Source: Spirochaetia bacterium (GTDB lineage: Bacteria; Spirochaetota; Spirochaetia; SZUA-6; Bin103). Taken from it: DNA of 64,000 bases. Below, one piece after another: positions 44,023 to 53,503 of this stretch. Location of the stretch: the NCBI GenBank assembly GCA_965208575.1, contig CBDBOV010000006.1, positions 791,808-855,807 of the forward strand, written 5' to 3'. Under the pieces are notes generated by a model. It did not search any database. It worked only from the letters and a program-made list of their open reading frames with translations, and was not told the DNA's origin. Position 1 is the first letter of the stretch. Every line of letters begins with the position of its first letter. A program made the position numbers and the translations under genes.

Positions 44023-44870
44023 CAGTAGCTTCCCTGCGGCACGCCGGCCCAGCGCCGCTCCCATTCGGCGTAGCGGACGACCGCCGCCGGATCGCGCGGA
44101 CTGCGGGCGACGAAGCCCTTGTCGCGGCCCGACTCGGTGGCATGGTCGGTGGCCTCGTAGCGGACGTCGAGCGACCAGCGCACCGCGTCGGAGTGGTTGG
44201 ACAGCGCGCGATGCGGGGTCTTCTCGGTAAAGCACAGCAGGTCGCCCGGTTGCATCTCGACGGACACGCCGTTCAGGGCCTGGCGGTCCTGCGGCGAGAG
44301 CCCGAGGAAGCCGGTCTCCTCGTCGTGGTGGCCGGCGAACAACGGACCGCGGTGCATGCGCGGCGCCACCTGCAGGCAACTGTTGAGCTCACCGACCGCC
44401 TGCAGCGGGTACCACAGCGAGAGCACGTGGCCGTCCGCGGCGTCCGGGTAGTACTGGGCGTCCTGGTGCCACGGGGTGCGGGTCCAGGCCTGGTCGGGCA
44501 GCTTGGGCCGGGCGTTGAAGATGCCGTGCACGGAAACCTCCGGCGTGCCGAGCAGGCCCTCGGCCACGTCCAGGAGCGCCGGGTGCACCAGGATGCGGTA
44601 CATCTCCGGGCTCACCAGGTCGCGCCGCGGGCTGCGGCTGTACTTGGGCCGGCCGGCATCGTGCCACACCTGCACCAGGCGGTGCCCGAAGTCGAGATCC
44701 TTGCGCGGATCCGCGATGCGTCCTTCGCCGAGCCACTGCTCGATCGTCTCGTCGGCCCAGCGCCCGAGAACGTGCCCGGTAAGGCGCAGGAGGTCGCGCG
44801 GCAACACCCCGCGCAGGTGCAGGTAGCCTTCGCGGCGATAGAGATCTCTTTGCTGCGTGGTAACGGTCAG
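44022..44870 (-). CDS. Phytanoyl-CoA dioxygenase (PhyH) family Fe(II)/2-oxoglutarate oxygenase
   Basis: Reads TVTTQQRDLYRREGYLHLRGVL...TPWHQDAQYY...LWYPLQAV...TPHRALSN. There is no in-frame ATG/GTG after the upstream SBP stop. A CTG at 44870, preceded by ggggg, is the best start candidate. Confidence 0.7.
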   Translation of the reverse strand: MTVTTQQRDLYRREGYLHLRGVLPRDLLRLTGHVLGRWADETIEQWLGEGRIADPRKDLDFGHRLVQVWHDAGRPKYSRSPRRDLVSPEMYRILVHPALLDVAEGLLGTPEVSVHGIFNARPKLPDQAWTRTPWHQDAQYYPDAADGHVLSLWYPLQAVGELNSCLQVAPRMHRGPLFAGHHDEETGFLGLSPQDRQALNGVSVEMQPGDLLCFTEKTPHRALSNHSDAVRWSLDVRYEATDHATESGRDKGFVARSPRDPAAVVRYAEWERRWAGVPQGSY

Positions 44871-44965
44871 CAGGGTCGCCCCCGGATCAATGGATGGGAT
44901 GGGCCGGCAGACTGCGCACGCAGCCCGCCGGCCATCCCGGGGTTCGAAAGACGGTTCTGAACGAT

Positions 44966-46555
44966 CTAACGGTAGTCGCCGACCTCGTTCAGGAAGCGGC
45001 TGTGCGCCGCGTGGTGCAACTCGACGTAGCGGTCGATGCCCATGTTCTTCATCTGCTTCACGTAGTCGTCCCACTCCCGGTCGATGTCGCCGGCGCCGGT
45101 GATCCAGCGCGCCTGGTTGGTCTTCCAGAGCTTTTCGATATCGGTGCGCAGGGTGTTGACCTCGGTCTGCTCGTCGGAGGCGAACTCGGCGCGCACCCAC
45201 TGTTCCTTCGCCTTGTACTGCACGTAGTGATCGTAATACTGGTCATACAGGAACTGGGTGGCCGTATCCATGGCGATGTTGGGACCGAAATCCTCCTCGC
45301 GGAAGATGCTCGGGAACGTCCCCTGAGTGGCGATCTGTGCGCGGCGTTCGGGATCGATCGGCTGCGGAACCCACACGCCGCCCTCCTGCGCCACGCCTTC
45401 CGGTGCGAACCCGTACTGCGCCTGCACGCTGTTCTCGAGCGTGTAGAAGCGGTCCACGAACGCCATGGTGTGCTGGGGATAGGGGTTGACGTCGGTCATG
45501 AACCACACGTTCTTGATCGCCAGCCGGCCCGGATGCACCCACATCTCCGGCTCGTAGCCGGGCGCGCGCAGCGGCGGAATCGACTCGAACTCGCCGCGGT
45601 TGGCGGTGGCGTCGTTGACCGGCGTGAAGCCGCGCCGCGCGACCACGAAGCCGTAGATGTTGCCGGACGGATCGTCCACCTTGGCGTTGAAGTCGTTCGA
45701 GTTCATGGTGAAGCTCTCCGGGTCGATCAGCCCCTCGCTGTACAGGTCGGCCATGTAGGTAATCAGGTCGCGGTAGCCCTGCGTGATCGGTGCGAAGTAG
45801 GCCTGGCCGTCGCGGATCGCGATGCCGTTCTTGGTCGGCATGCCCCAGATGCCGTACATTGAGCGCAGGTGCTGGGCGAACCCGTCGTTGACCACGAACG
45901 CGAACGGAATCTCGTCCGCCTTGCCGTTGCCGTTGGGGTCGCCGTCGCGGAACGCGATCAGCACGTCGCGCAGCTCGCCGGTGGTGGTCGGCGCGTCCAG
46001 GCCCAGCGCGTCGAGCCAGCGCCGGTTGATCATGTAGTTCTGCTCCAGGTAGTTGGACTCCAGGAACAGGAACCGCGCCAACGCCTGCATCTGACCCTGC
46101 GGGTTCATCATGTAGGCCAGCGCCTCCGGCTTCTCGGCGAAGATCCGGTCCAGGTTCGGCGTGTAGCCCTTGCCGAGGTGCTGGCGAAGGTCGGTTACCA
46201 CGCCCTCCTGCAGCAACTGCGCGATCAGGTTCTTGTGCAGGCCGGTGACGCCGAACATCATCGCCGGGTAGTCGTCCGACGCGAACACGATCGACATCTT
46301 CTCGGTGCTGTCCATCAGCACCCACTCCAGGTTGACGCCGGTCGGTGCGGCCCAGCTCTGGATCCAGGGGTTGTCCTCCGGATCATGCGTCCAGGTATGG
46401 CCGGCCACCATGGTGATGGCTGGCTCGACCGGGAATATGCCGGGCGCGGTCAGCTCGTCCGCCGAGGCGGCCTCCTCGCCGGCCGCCGCCGCGAACAGGG
46501 CCGCCGGGGTTGCCAGCAGCGCCGCGGCGCAGATAAATGTGAATGCTTTTCTCAT
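44966..46555 (-). CDS. ABC substrate-binding protein, family 1 (large LipO/sugar-type), copy 2
   Basis: Start at MRKAFTFICAAALLATPAALFAAAAGEE, after caaggagg. The ORF is open to 46615. Confidence 0.85.
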   Translation of the reverse strand: MRKAFTFICAAALLATPAALFAAAAGEEAASADELTAPGIFPVEPAITMVAGHTWTHDPEDNPWIQSWAAPTGVNLEWVLMDSTEKMSIVFASDDYPAMMFGVTGLHKNLIAQLLQEGVVTDLRQHLGKGYTPNLDRIFAEKPEALAYMMNPQGQMQALARFLFLESNYLEQNYMINRRWLDALGLDAPTTTGELRDVLIAFRDGDPNGNGKADEIPFAFVVNDGFAQHLRSMYGIWGMPTKNGIAIRDGQAYFAPITQGYRDLITYMADLYSEGLIDPESFTMNSNDFNAKVDDPSGNIYGFVVARRGFTPVNDATANRGEFESIPPLRAPGYEPEMWVHPGRLAIKNVWFMTDVNPYPQHTMAFVDRFYTLENSVQAQYGFAPEGVAQEGGVWVPQPIDPERRAQIATQGTFPSIFREEDFGPNIAMDTATQFLYDQYYDHYVQYKAKEQWVRAEFASDEQTEVNTLRTDIEKLWKTNQARWITGAGDIDREWDDYVKQMKNMGIDRYVELHHAAHSRFLNEVGDYR

Positions 46556-46634
46556 TGCATCCTCCTTGTGGTGATATGTCCCGCGCAGGCGGGACCCGTT
46601 GCCGTTACGGCTCAATACGGCTTGCGGAACAGGG

Positions 46635-47579
46635 TTATCCCTTTATGGAACCCACCATGATGCCCTTGACGAAATGGCGTTGAATGAAGGGGTAGAGGAT
46701 CATCAGCGGGGCAATGGCTACCACTATCGTACCATAGCGCAGCAGATCCGCCAAAACCTGGCGGCGCTGGATCTCCTCGGGCGAAAGCGCCTCCAGGCCC
46801 TCGCCGCCGCCTGACAGGAGCTGGTTGAGAATGAGCATGCGCCGCAACACGAGCTGCAGCGGGTACTTGGCCTGGTCGTTGATGAACAGCAGGGCGTGGA
46901 AGAACGCATTCCAGTTCTGCACCACGTTGAACAGCACCACGATGGCGATGATCGCCTGCCCCACCGGCAGCACGATGCTGATGAAGAAGCGCGTGTTGGT
47001 GCAGCCGTCGAGCTGCGCCGACTCCAGCAGCTCGTCGGGGATGTTGGACTGGAAGAAGGTGCGCGCCACGATCAGGTTGAACACGTTGACGGCGTTGGGC
47101 AGCATCAGCGACCAGATCGAGTCCTTCAGGCCGAGCTTGAGCACGACCACGTAGAACGGAATGATGCCGCCGGTAAAGTACAGGGTGAACACGAAGTAGA
47201 ACATGATCAGCCCGCGCCAGCGCATGTCGCGGCGCGACAGCGCGTAGGCGGCGGGAATGGTGAGCACCAGCGACACGACGGTCTGGCCGACCGCGTAGAC
47301 GAGCGAGTTGCGGTAGCCGATCATGATGCGCTTGTCGCGCAGGATGTAGGAATAGCCTTCCACGTTGAAGCCCTCCGGCCACAGGTAGACGTGGCCGGCG
47401 GACACCAGGGTCGGCGAGCTGACCGACGCGATCACCACGAAGTAGACCGGATACAGGGTGGCCACCAGGATCACCGCGAGCATGGCCACGTTGACGCGGT
47501 CGAACAGCCGGTCGGCGCGGCTGCGGAAATCTACCAACGCGGCGCTACCACAGCGAGGCCTGGCCGACGCGGCGCGCAA
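46635..47579 (-). CDS. Carbohydrate-type ABC permease (MalG/LplC-like)
   Basis: Multi-TM protein with ..SAQLDGCTNTRFFISIVLPVGQAIIAIVVLF... The start may be the TTG at 47537, just after the upstream stop. Confidence 0.85.
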   Translation of the reverse strand: MRAASARPRCGSAALVDFRSRADRLFDRVNVAMLAVILVATLYPVYFVVIASVSSPTLVSAGHVYLWPEGFNVEGYSYILRDKRIMIGYRNSLVYAVGQTVVSLVLTIPAAYALSRRDMRWRGLIMFYFVFTLYFTGGIIPFYVVVLKLGLKDSIWSLMLPNAVNVFNLIVARTFFQSNIPDELLESAQLDGCTNTRFFISIVLPVGQAIIAIVVLFNVVQNWNAFFHALLFINDQAKYPLQLVLRRMLILNQLLSGGGEGLEALSPEEIQRRQVLADLLRYGTIVVAIAPLMILYPFIQRHFVKGIMVGSIKG

Positions 47580-48519
47580 GCCGGTTGGCCAGCACCAGGA
47601 TCGCGAAGTTGACCACGGTTTCCAGCAGGCCCACCGCGGTGGCGTAGTCGTACTGCGACTGCAGGATGCCGGAGCGGTAGGTGTAGGTGGCCACCACCTC
47701 CAGGGTGGAGAGGTTGAGGTCGTTCTGCATCAGCAGCACCTTCTCGAAACCGATGGTCAGGAGCTGGCCGAGGCGCATGATGAACAGGATCACGATGGTG
47801 GGCATGATCCACGGGATGTCGACGTGCCAGATGATCTGCGGCTTGTTGGCGCCGTCGCAGAATGCCGCCTCGCGCAACGACGGATCGACCGCGCTCAGGG
47901 CGGCCAGGAAGATGATCGCGTTGAAACCGGCGTTCTGCCACAGCTCCGACAGCACGAACAGCGACGGCCCCCAGGCCGGGCTGGCCATGAAGAAGATCGC
48001 CTCCCCGCCGAGCAACCGGATGATCGAGTTGACCACGCCGATGCGCGGGCTCAGGAAGAAGTACATGATGCTGACCACCACCACCGTCGAGATGAAGTGC
48101 GGGGCGTAGGTGACCATCTGCACGCTCTTCTTGAAGAAGCGGCTGCGCGCCTCGTTGATCATCAGCGCCAGCGCCAGCGGGATCGGCCAGGTGGCGAGGC
48201 TGTACAGCGAGATGACGATGGTGTTGCGGATGACCGGGATGAAGTAGGCGGAGTTGAAGAAGCGGATGAAGTGGGCGAACTCGTTCCACTCCGGCGCCGA
48301 GCGCCCGGTGCGCAGCGAGAAGCCGTCGGTGAACGCGATGCGCAGCCCGTAGATCGGCAGGTAGCGGAACAGCAGCACGTGGATGATGGCCGGCAGCACG
48401 AATGCGTACAACTCCCACGAGCGCAGCAGGTAGCGCACCGTCTCGTGAATCCGCTCAGCCGCCGACCGGCGGTGCAGTTCTCCCGCCACCCCGGTTGTGT
48501 CAGTCCTGTCCTTGGCCAT
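47545..48519 (-). CDS. Carbohydrate-type ABC permease (MalF/LplB-like)
   Basis: Contains ..SLREAAFCDGANKPQIIWHVDIPWIMPTIVILFIMRLGQLL.. and is multi-TM, 324 aa. Confidence 0.85.
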   Translation of the reverse strand: MAKDRTDTTGVAGELHRRSAAERIHETVRYLLRSWELYAFVLPAIIHVLLFRYLPIYGLRIAFTDGFSLRTGRSAPEWNEFAHFIRFFNSAYFIPVIRNTIVISLYSLATWPIPLALALMINEARSRFFKKSVQMVTYAPHFISTVVVVSIMYFFLSPRIGVVNSIIRLLGGEAIFFMASPAWGPSLFVLSELWQNAGFNAIIFLAALSAVDPSLREAAFCDGANKPQIIWHVDIPWIMPTIVILFIMRLGQLLTIGFEKVLLMQNDLNLSTLEVVATYTYRSGILQSQYDYATAVGLLETVVNFAILVLANRLARRVGQASLW

Positions 48520-48579
48520 GGTCGTATTGAGTGACGCGCCACCTTACCGGCGACCGCCGTGACTCGCAAGGCAGTTGCG

Positions 48580-48685
48580 CCGCCATCGAGTAGTGCCACT
48601 TCACCACGATCGACTCGTTTCGCGTGGTCCGATGCCTTCATCGTCAACGTCCGCCGCGGCGCCGACCAGGGCCTGGCAGGCGCCG
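48580..48685 (+). pseudogene. PhyH-family dioxygenase internal fragment
   Basis: cacttcaccacgatcgac..tggtccgatgccttcatcgtcaacgtccgccgcggcgccgaccag parallels 57950-58020 (HFTTIDAFEWSDAFIVNFRRGADQ). It carries an in-frame stop and a frameshift. Confidence 0.6.
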
Positions 48686-48777
48686 AGCGCCGACGCCGGC
48701 AACAGCCTGGCGGACATTCTCGCCCCGCGAACCGCGCCGCCGGAGGTGCATGATCTTCCCAAGCGTCTCGCACCCGC

Positions 48778-48960
48778 ATGACAGTGGTGTACTACGCGGT
48801 AGAGGGCGACACGGATGTGCCCGTCGCTGAGCACCTGATTCGACTGGTCGGGCTTTACCCCCGCGCCACGCGGGTGGCTGGGGGCAAGTCCCAACTTGAC
48901 GCACGGATTCCGGCTCTCAATCGGTCCGGTGTTGCGCTCAACTGGTTGATCCTGCGGGAT
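48778..48960 (+). pseudogene. TOPRIM-like (DUF4276/DUF4435-like) N-terminal fragment
   Basis: MTVVYYAVEGDTDVPVAEHLIRLVG...LNWLILRD has the same E-G..D ... hydrophobic-D layout as the start of 2314. The similarity ends at ~48960, and the convergent PhyH gene begins at 48994. Confidence 0.35.
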
Positions 48961-48993
48961 CCACCGCCGGCACGACCGCCGAGACGGCGCGCC

Positions 48994-49845
48994 TCAGTAG
49001 GGTGGCGCCTCAAACGCGGGGGCGACTTCGCCGCGCAGCAGCCGCGCCGCGTACTCCCACTCGAACGGCGACTCCAGGAAGCGCCGGCGGCCGTTGCGCA
49101 CGTCGAAGCCGATGCCGGCCGCCTGCGGGAAGTGGCTGTAGATCATCAGCCGCCGCGGCCGGCCGGAGTCGTTGACGCGGGAGTTGTGCACCAGCAGCGC
49201 GTGGAACAGCATCACCGACCCCGCCGGAGCGAGGATGTCCTGGCCGCCCTGCAGGTCGATCAGGTCGGCGCGCACCTGCAAGTCGCCGTTCGGCAGCCGC
49301 TCGTGCTCCAGGTGAGTGCGGTGGCTGCCGGACCACACCCGCAATGGGCCCGACTCCGGCGTGCAGTCGTCCATCGTCACCGCGGACGAGACGATGCTCT
49401 GCGGATAGTCCTGCGCCTTGTAGTAGGCCCAGTCACTGTGTACGGGGAAGCGCGTGTCGGCGCGTGCCGGCCGCAGGTCGGGCAGCGGCTCGGCGAGCGG
49501 CTGCTTGTAGTTGAGCTTCTCTTCCATCAGCACCGGCTCGTCGCCCATGAGCTGGCGCATCGGTCCGAGCAGGCGCTCGTCCGCGGCCACCTCGCTCAGG
49601 TAGAGGGACAGGTCGTTGATCGGCTGGATCTTGCGCACCATCTGGCGGCCCGCCTCGTCCTGCGTCAGGTCGAGTCGCCCACTGGTGCGGTCCAGGGCAA
49701 GCGACGAGTTGATCACCAGCTCCAGGATGCGATCCGCCTCGCCGCGCATGCGCGCCACTTCCGCCGCCTCGAACGCCGCGGAAAGCACCAGGTAGCCCTG
49801 CTGTGCGAACTGCGCGAGCTGCCCCGCATCGAGTAGTTTCGACAT
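48994..49845 (-). CDS. Phytanoyl-CoA dioxygenase (PhyH) family oxygenase
   Basis: 283 aa. Reads LAQFAQQGYLVLSAAF...FPVHSDWAYY...GSVMLFHALLVHNSRVN. Confidence 0.8.
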   Translation of the reverse strand: MSKLLDAGQLAQFAQQGYLVLSAAFEAAEVARMRGEADRILELVINSSLALDRTSGRLDLTQDEAGRQMVRKIQPINDLSLYLSEVAADERLLGPMRQLMGDEPVLMEEKLNYKQPLAEPLPDLRPARADTRFPVHSDWAYYKAQDYPQSIVSSAVTMDDCTPESGPLRVWSGSHRTHLEHERLPNGDLQVRADLIDLQGGQDILAPAGSVMLFHALLVHNSRVNDSGRPRRLMIYSHFPQAAGIGFDVRNGRRRFLESPFEWEYAARLLRGEVAPAFEAPPY

Positions 49846-49940
49846 GTGCCCACCATAGCGCGCCGGATACGGCCGCGCATATCGCCGCGTGCCCGGCCAG
49901 CAATCTTGAAAAACAGGAATGCCATTGCTATTTTTCGAGG

Positions 49941-51188
49941 ATGAACTACCGGGAGCGCCACCTTGAGCGCAGGCTGTCCCGCTTGCGAAGCGCGGTTCCC
50001 GTAGTCCTGGTAATCGGCGCGCGCCAGTCTGGCAAGAGCACCCTGCTGGCGCACGTGGCGCCGCGAGCGGCTCGCGTGGTATTCGACCCGGTGATCGACA
50101 TCGGCAACGCGCGGGACGACCCCGAGTTGTTCCTGGACCAGTATCGCCCGCCGCTGATTCTGGACGAGGTGCAGTATGTGCCCGACCTGCTGGCGGTGAT
50201 CAAGCGGCGCGTCGACGAGGACGGTGCACCGGGCCAATTCCTGCTGACCGGCTCCATGAACCTGATGCTGCTTCGGTCGGTCAGCGAGAGCATGGCAGGC
50301 CGGGTTGCCGTGCTTGACCTTCCCTTTCTGTCGTTGGCCGAACGCTGCGGCCGCGCGGCGACCGCAGAAGTCTGGGTCGAAGACCTGTTCGCATCAGATC
50401 CGCTGTCACGGCTGCGCAGGCGGGAACGTCTGCCTTCGCGAGCGATCGAGGCGACGCTGGCAGCACGCCTGTGGCGGGGCGGGTTCCCCAGGCACCTGGA
50501 CCACGACGACGAGATTCTTCCCGATCTGTTGGCGTCCTACATGCGAACGTACGTTGAGCGCGACGTGCGCCGCGTCGCCGCGGTGGAAGACGCCGGCTTG
50601 TTCACCCGCTTCGTCGGCCTGTGCGCGGCCCACACCGGCCAGGAAATCAACCACAGCCAGCTCGGGCGAGAGCTCGGCATCACCTACCAGACTTCACAAC
50701 GCTGGCTGGGTATCCTGCAGGCCACCTTCCAATGGCTGGAGGTACCGGCGTTCTCCGCCAATCCCACGAAACGGGTTTCCAAGCGGCCAAAGGGGTACTT
50801 CGCGGACACCGGTCTGGCCGCGTGGACGCAGCGCATTTCCAGCCCGGAGGCGCTGTTCACGAATCCCATGCTCGGTGCTCTATTCGAGACGCACGTGGTG
50901 CTTGACCTCCTCAAGCAAACGCACGCGATGGCGCACCCCCCGCGTGCCCACCACTGGCGGCTGCACTCGGGTGCGGAGGTGGACCTGATCCTGGAACGCG
51001 ACGGGGTGCTGGTCGCCATCGAGGCGAAGAGCAGGTCGCGCGTGACACGTGCCGACACCCGTGGCATTCGTGCCTTCCGCGACTCCCACCCGCGGTTGCG
51101 GCACGGCACAGGCGTGGTGGTGGCCGCGGTCCGAGAAGTCACCCTGCTCGGCGACAACATCGTCGCCGTACCGTACGACCTCGCCTGA
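49941..51188 (+). CDS. AAA_14 + DUF4143 ATPase
   Basis: Reads MNYRERHLERRL..VVLVIGARQSGKSTLL..PPLILDEVQYVPDLL, with C-terminus ..WRLHSGAEVDLILERDGVLVAIEAKS. The ORF is open from 49803. Confidence 0.8.
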   Translation: MNYRERHLERRLSRLRSAVPVVLVIGARQSGKSTLLAHVAPRAARVVFDPVIDIGNARDDPELFLDQYRPPLILDEVQYVPDLLAVIKRRVDEDGAPGQFLLTGSMNLMLLRSVSESMAGRVAVLDLPFLSLAERCGRAATAEVWVEDLFASDPLSRLRRRERLPSRAIEATLAARLWRGGFPRHLDHDDEILPDLLASYMRTYVERDVRRVAAVEDAGLFTRFVGLCAAHTGQEINHSQLGRELGITYQTSQRWLGILQATFQWLEVPAFSANPTKRVSKRPKGYFADTGLAAWTQRISSPEALFTNPMLGALFETHVVLDLLKQTHAMAHPPRAHHWRLHSGAEVDLILERDGVLVAIEAKSRSRVTRADTRGIRAFRDSHPRLRHGTGVVVAAVREVTLLGDNIVAVPYDLA

Positions 51189-51229
51189 CCCTCGACGGTG
51201 ACCGGGCACTGAGCGGCCTGGCGCCCGGG

Positions 51230-52369
51230 TCAACGGGGCTGGCGGAGGATGAGGTGCACCGGGCCGATGAGGCCGGAGGGGAGCTGGGCGCCTTCGTAAG
51301 CGTTGGCCATGCTGTTGGTGACCCGTACCTCCAGGCGGTGTGGTCCCGCCGCTACCGGCCCGGTAAGCGGGATACGGTGTGGAGCCCACATGCGCACCCC
51401 GGCGAGTTCTCCATCGAGAGACGCCTCGGCGATATCGCCCACGTCGCCGAGGTCGAGATCCAGCCGGTCCGCCGCGCCCGGCAGGTCGAACACGGCCCGG
51501 TAGCACAGCGTGCCGGAAAACAGCTCAAGGCCGGGGTGCCGCGACCAGTCGCCGAGTTCCAGGCCGGGAACTGGGTCATCACCCTCGCCTGACACCTGCC
51601 ATCGCAGGTCGAGCGGCAGCCGCCGTTCGTGGTACTCCTCCGCAACCGCAGCAGGTGCGGCTTCGGCCGCCCGGTCGACTGCCAGCACCACGCTCTCCCG
51701 ACGCGGCAGGTGCAGCGCAACCGCCATCCCGTCCCCCGTGGTCCTGGCGCGCGCGGCGCGGCGCGTGCCGGCCAGCGCGTCCCAGCACTCGACGCGTCCG
51801 CCCGTATGCAGCCACACCTCGCCGTCGATCGTGTCGCCGCCCTCGTTGACCAGCAGGTAGAAATCGATGCCGGCCTTGCGGTAGTGGATGAAGCGCAGGT
51901 CGGGGTGCGGCGGATCGAGGCGCAGGTCGGCAGCGATCAGCCCCGCGAGGCGGTCGGGCAGGTCCATTCCGTCAGTGAATTCGAGCAGGTGTCCACCGGC
52001 GGCCGAGAACTCGTTCAGCACGCGGCGCGCCTTCCCGTCGAGCACCGGGTTTCCCTCCATCACCACGGCACGGTACGTCTGCGTACCGGCGGCGAGCGTC
52101 GCGCCCTCCACCGACGCCTCCGCAAGCGCGCGTTCGTCCAGGTAGAGGAAGTCGATCTGCCTCTGGTAGAGCTGCTTCGCGGCCTGCCAGGGGATGGCGT
52201 TGCCGTCGCCGAGGATCGCGACGTCGCACACCTGCTCGCCGTCGCACAGCAGCCAGCTCAGCCGCTGCGCGTAGCGGTTGAGCAGGCCGACGTAGGGGCG
52301 CCACGTGTTGTGCAGGCACAGATCCGGCTCGCTCTCCCAGGCGCGCCGGGCGCGGATCGAGTAGAACAC
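51230..52369 (-). pseudogene. Glycoside-hydrolase-like protein, C-terminal part only (ends in a jelly-roll/sugar-binding-like domain)
   Basis: The C-terminus LDLGDVGDIAEASLDGELAGVRMWAPHRIPLTG..HRLEVRVTNSMANAY is typical of GH accessory domains. No catalytic N-terminal region is present. The upstream sequence is a VapC remnant. Confidence 0.4.
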
Positions 52370-52402
52370 CGCGTGCGGATCGATCAGGTTGTTGCAGATA
52401 CG

Positions 52403-52528
52403 TCAACTCGACGCCGATGCGAGCGGATTCACCCAGCGGACACCGGCGAAGCGACTGAAATCCGCATCGCTGGAGTAGACCTCGACGCCGTACGCGTACA
52501 GCAGGAGGTCGACGTCGGGGACGATCAC
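52403..52528 (-). pseudogene. VapC (PIN) toxin with a large internal deletion (41 codons left)
   Basis: Reads VIVPDVDLLLYAYGVE (PIN N-terminus) joined to VYSSDADFSRFAGVRWVNPL (PIN C-terminus). The GTG overlaps the preceding stop (GTGA), as in vapBC operons. Confidence 0.6.
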
Positions 52529-53352
52529 CGCTCTGCCCGCAGCTTCTCGATCACGGCATCGTCCTCCAGCTCGTCGGCCAGCTTGTTGAACGATGCGACG
52601 TCGATGCCGGACCGCAGCGACGTCCTGGTGCCGAGGTAGGCGTCGCGCACCTCGCGGTTGGCCTTGAGGTCGGCGACCGGGCCTTCCAGAACCACGCGGC
52701 CCTGCTCGATCACGTAGCCGTAGCGGGCGACGTCGAGCGCCAGCACGGCGTTCTGCTCCACCAGCAGGATAGACACGCCGCGGTCGCGGTTGATGCGCGC
52801 GATGCCGGCGAATACCTCTTCCCGAAGGCGGGGCGCGAGGCCCAGCGAGGGCTCGTCGAGCAGCATCACCAGAGGCTCGGTGAGCAGGGCGCGGCCGATG
52901 GCCAGCATCTGCTGCTCGCCCCCGGACAGGTAGCCGGCGCGGTGGTTGCGGCGCGCCGCCAGCAGCGGGAAGAGCTGGTAGACGGCTTCGATCCCGCCCG
53001 GGGGCCGCGCGCGGCGCCCGACCATTGCCCAGGCTGCCGCGCGCAGGTTTTCGTCGACGGTGAGGTCGGTGAACAGGCGGCGGCCCTCCGGCACCGCGAC
53101 CAGGCGGCGGCGCGCCAGCCGATGCGGCGCCACACCATCCACGCGCCGTCCGTCCAGCGTGATCAAGCCGGCCGTGAGGCGGCCCCGCTCGTACGGCAGC
53201 AGCCCGGCGATGGCGCGCAGGGTAGTGGTCTTGCCGGCGCCGTTGGCACCCAGCAACGCCACGATGCGCCCGGTCGGCACGCGCAGCGAAAGGCCGCGCA
53301 ACACCGGCGCCCCCTGCCCGTACACTGCCTCGATGGCGTTTACTTCAAGCAA
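52525..53352 (-). CDS. livF: Branched-chain amino acid ABC ATPase LivF-type, with a ~38-aa foreign C-terminal tail
   Basis: Motifs: Walker A GANGAGKTT, signature LSGGEQQ, Walker B MLLDEPSLGL. After the usual end ..VRDAYLG it continues TRTSLRSGIDVASFNKLADELEDDAVIEKLRAER, which is coupled to the VapC remnant. TTG start. Confidence 0.85.
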   Translation of the reverse strand: MLEVNAIEAVYGQGAPVLRGLSLRVPTGRIVALLGANGAGKTTTLRAIAGLLPYERGRLTAGLITLDGRRVDGVAPHRLARRRLVAVPEGRRLFTDLTVDENLRAAAWAMVGRRARPPGGIEAVYQLFPLLAARRNHRAGYLSGGEQQMLAIGRALLTEPLVMLLDEPSLGLAPRLREEVFAGIARINRDRGVSILLVEQNAVLALDVARYGYVIEQGRVVLEGPVADLKANREVRDAYLGTRTSLRSGIDVASFNKLADELEDDAVIEKLRAER

Positions 53353-53503
53353 GGGGCAAGGTCACCCGACCGGGCGGCGACGGCGGGCGTCCGACGACGG
53401 GCGCAATGTGAGCCGCCCGGTGTGCCGCACCCGCGCGCCGGCCTGACCAACCTTCGCCGCCGCGCCGCCGCGAGGAAGCGGTCGGATCAGCCGTCGGAAC
53501 GAT

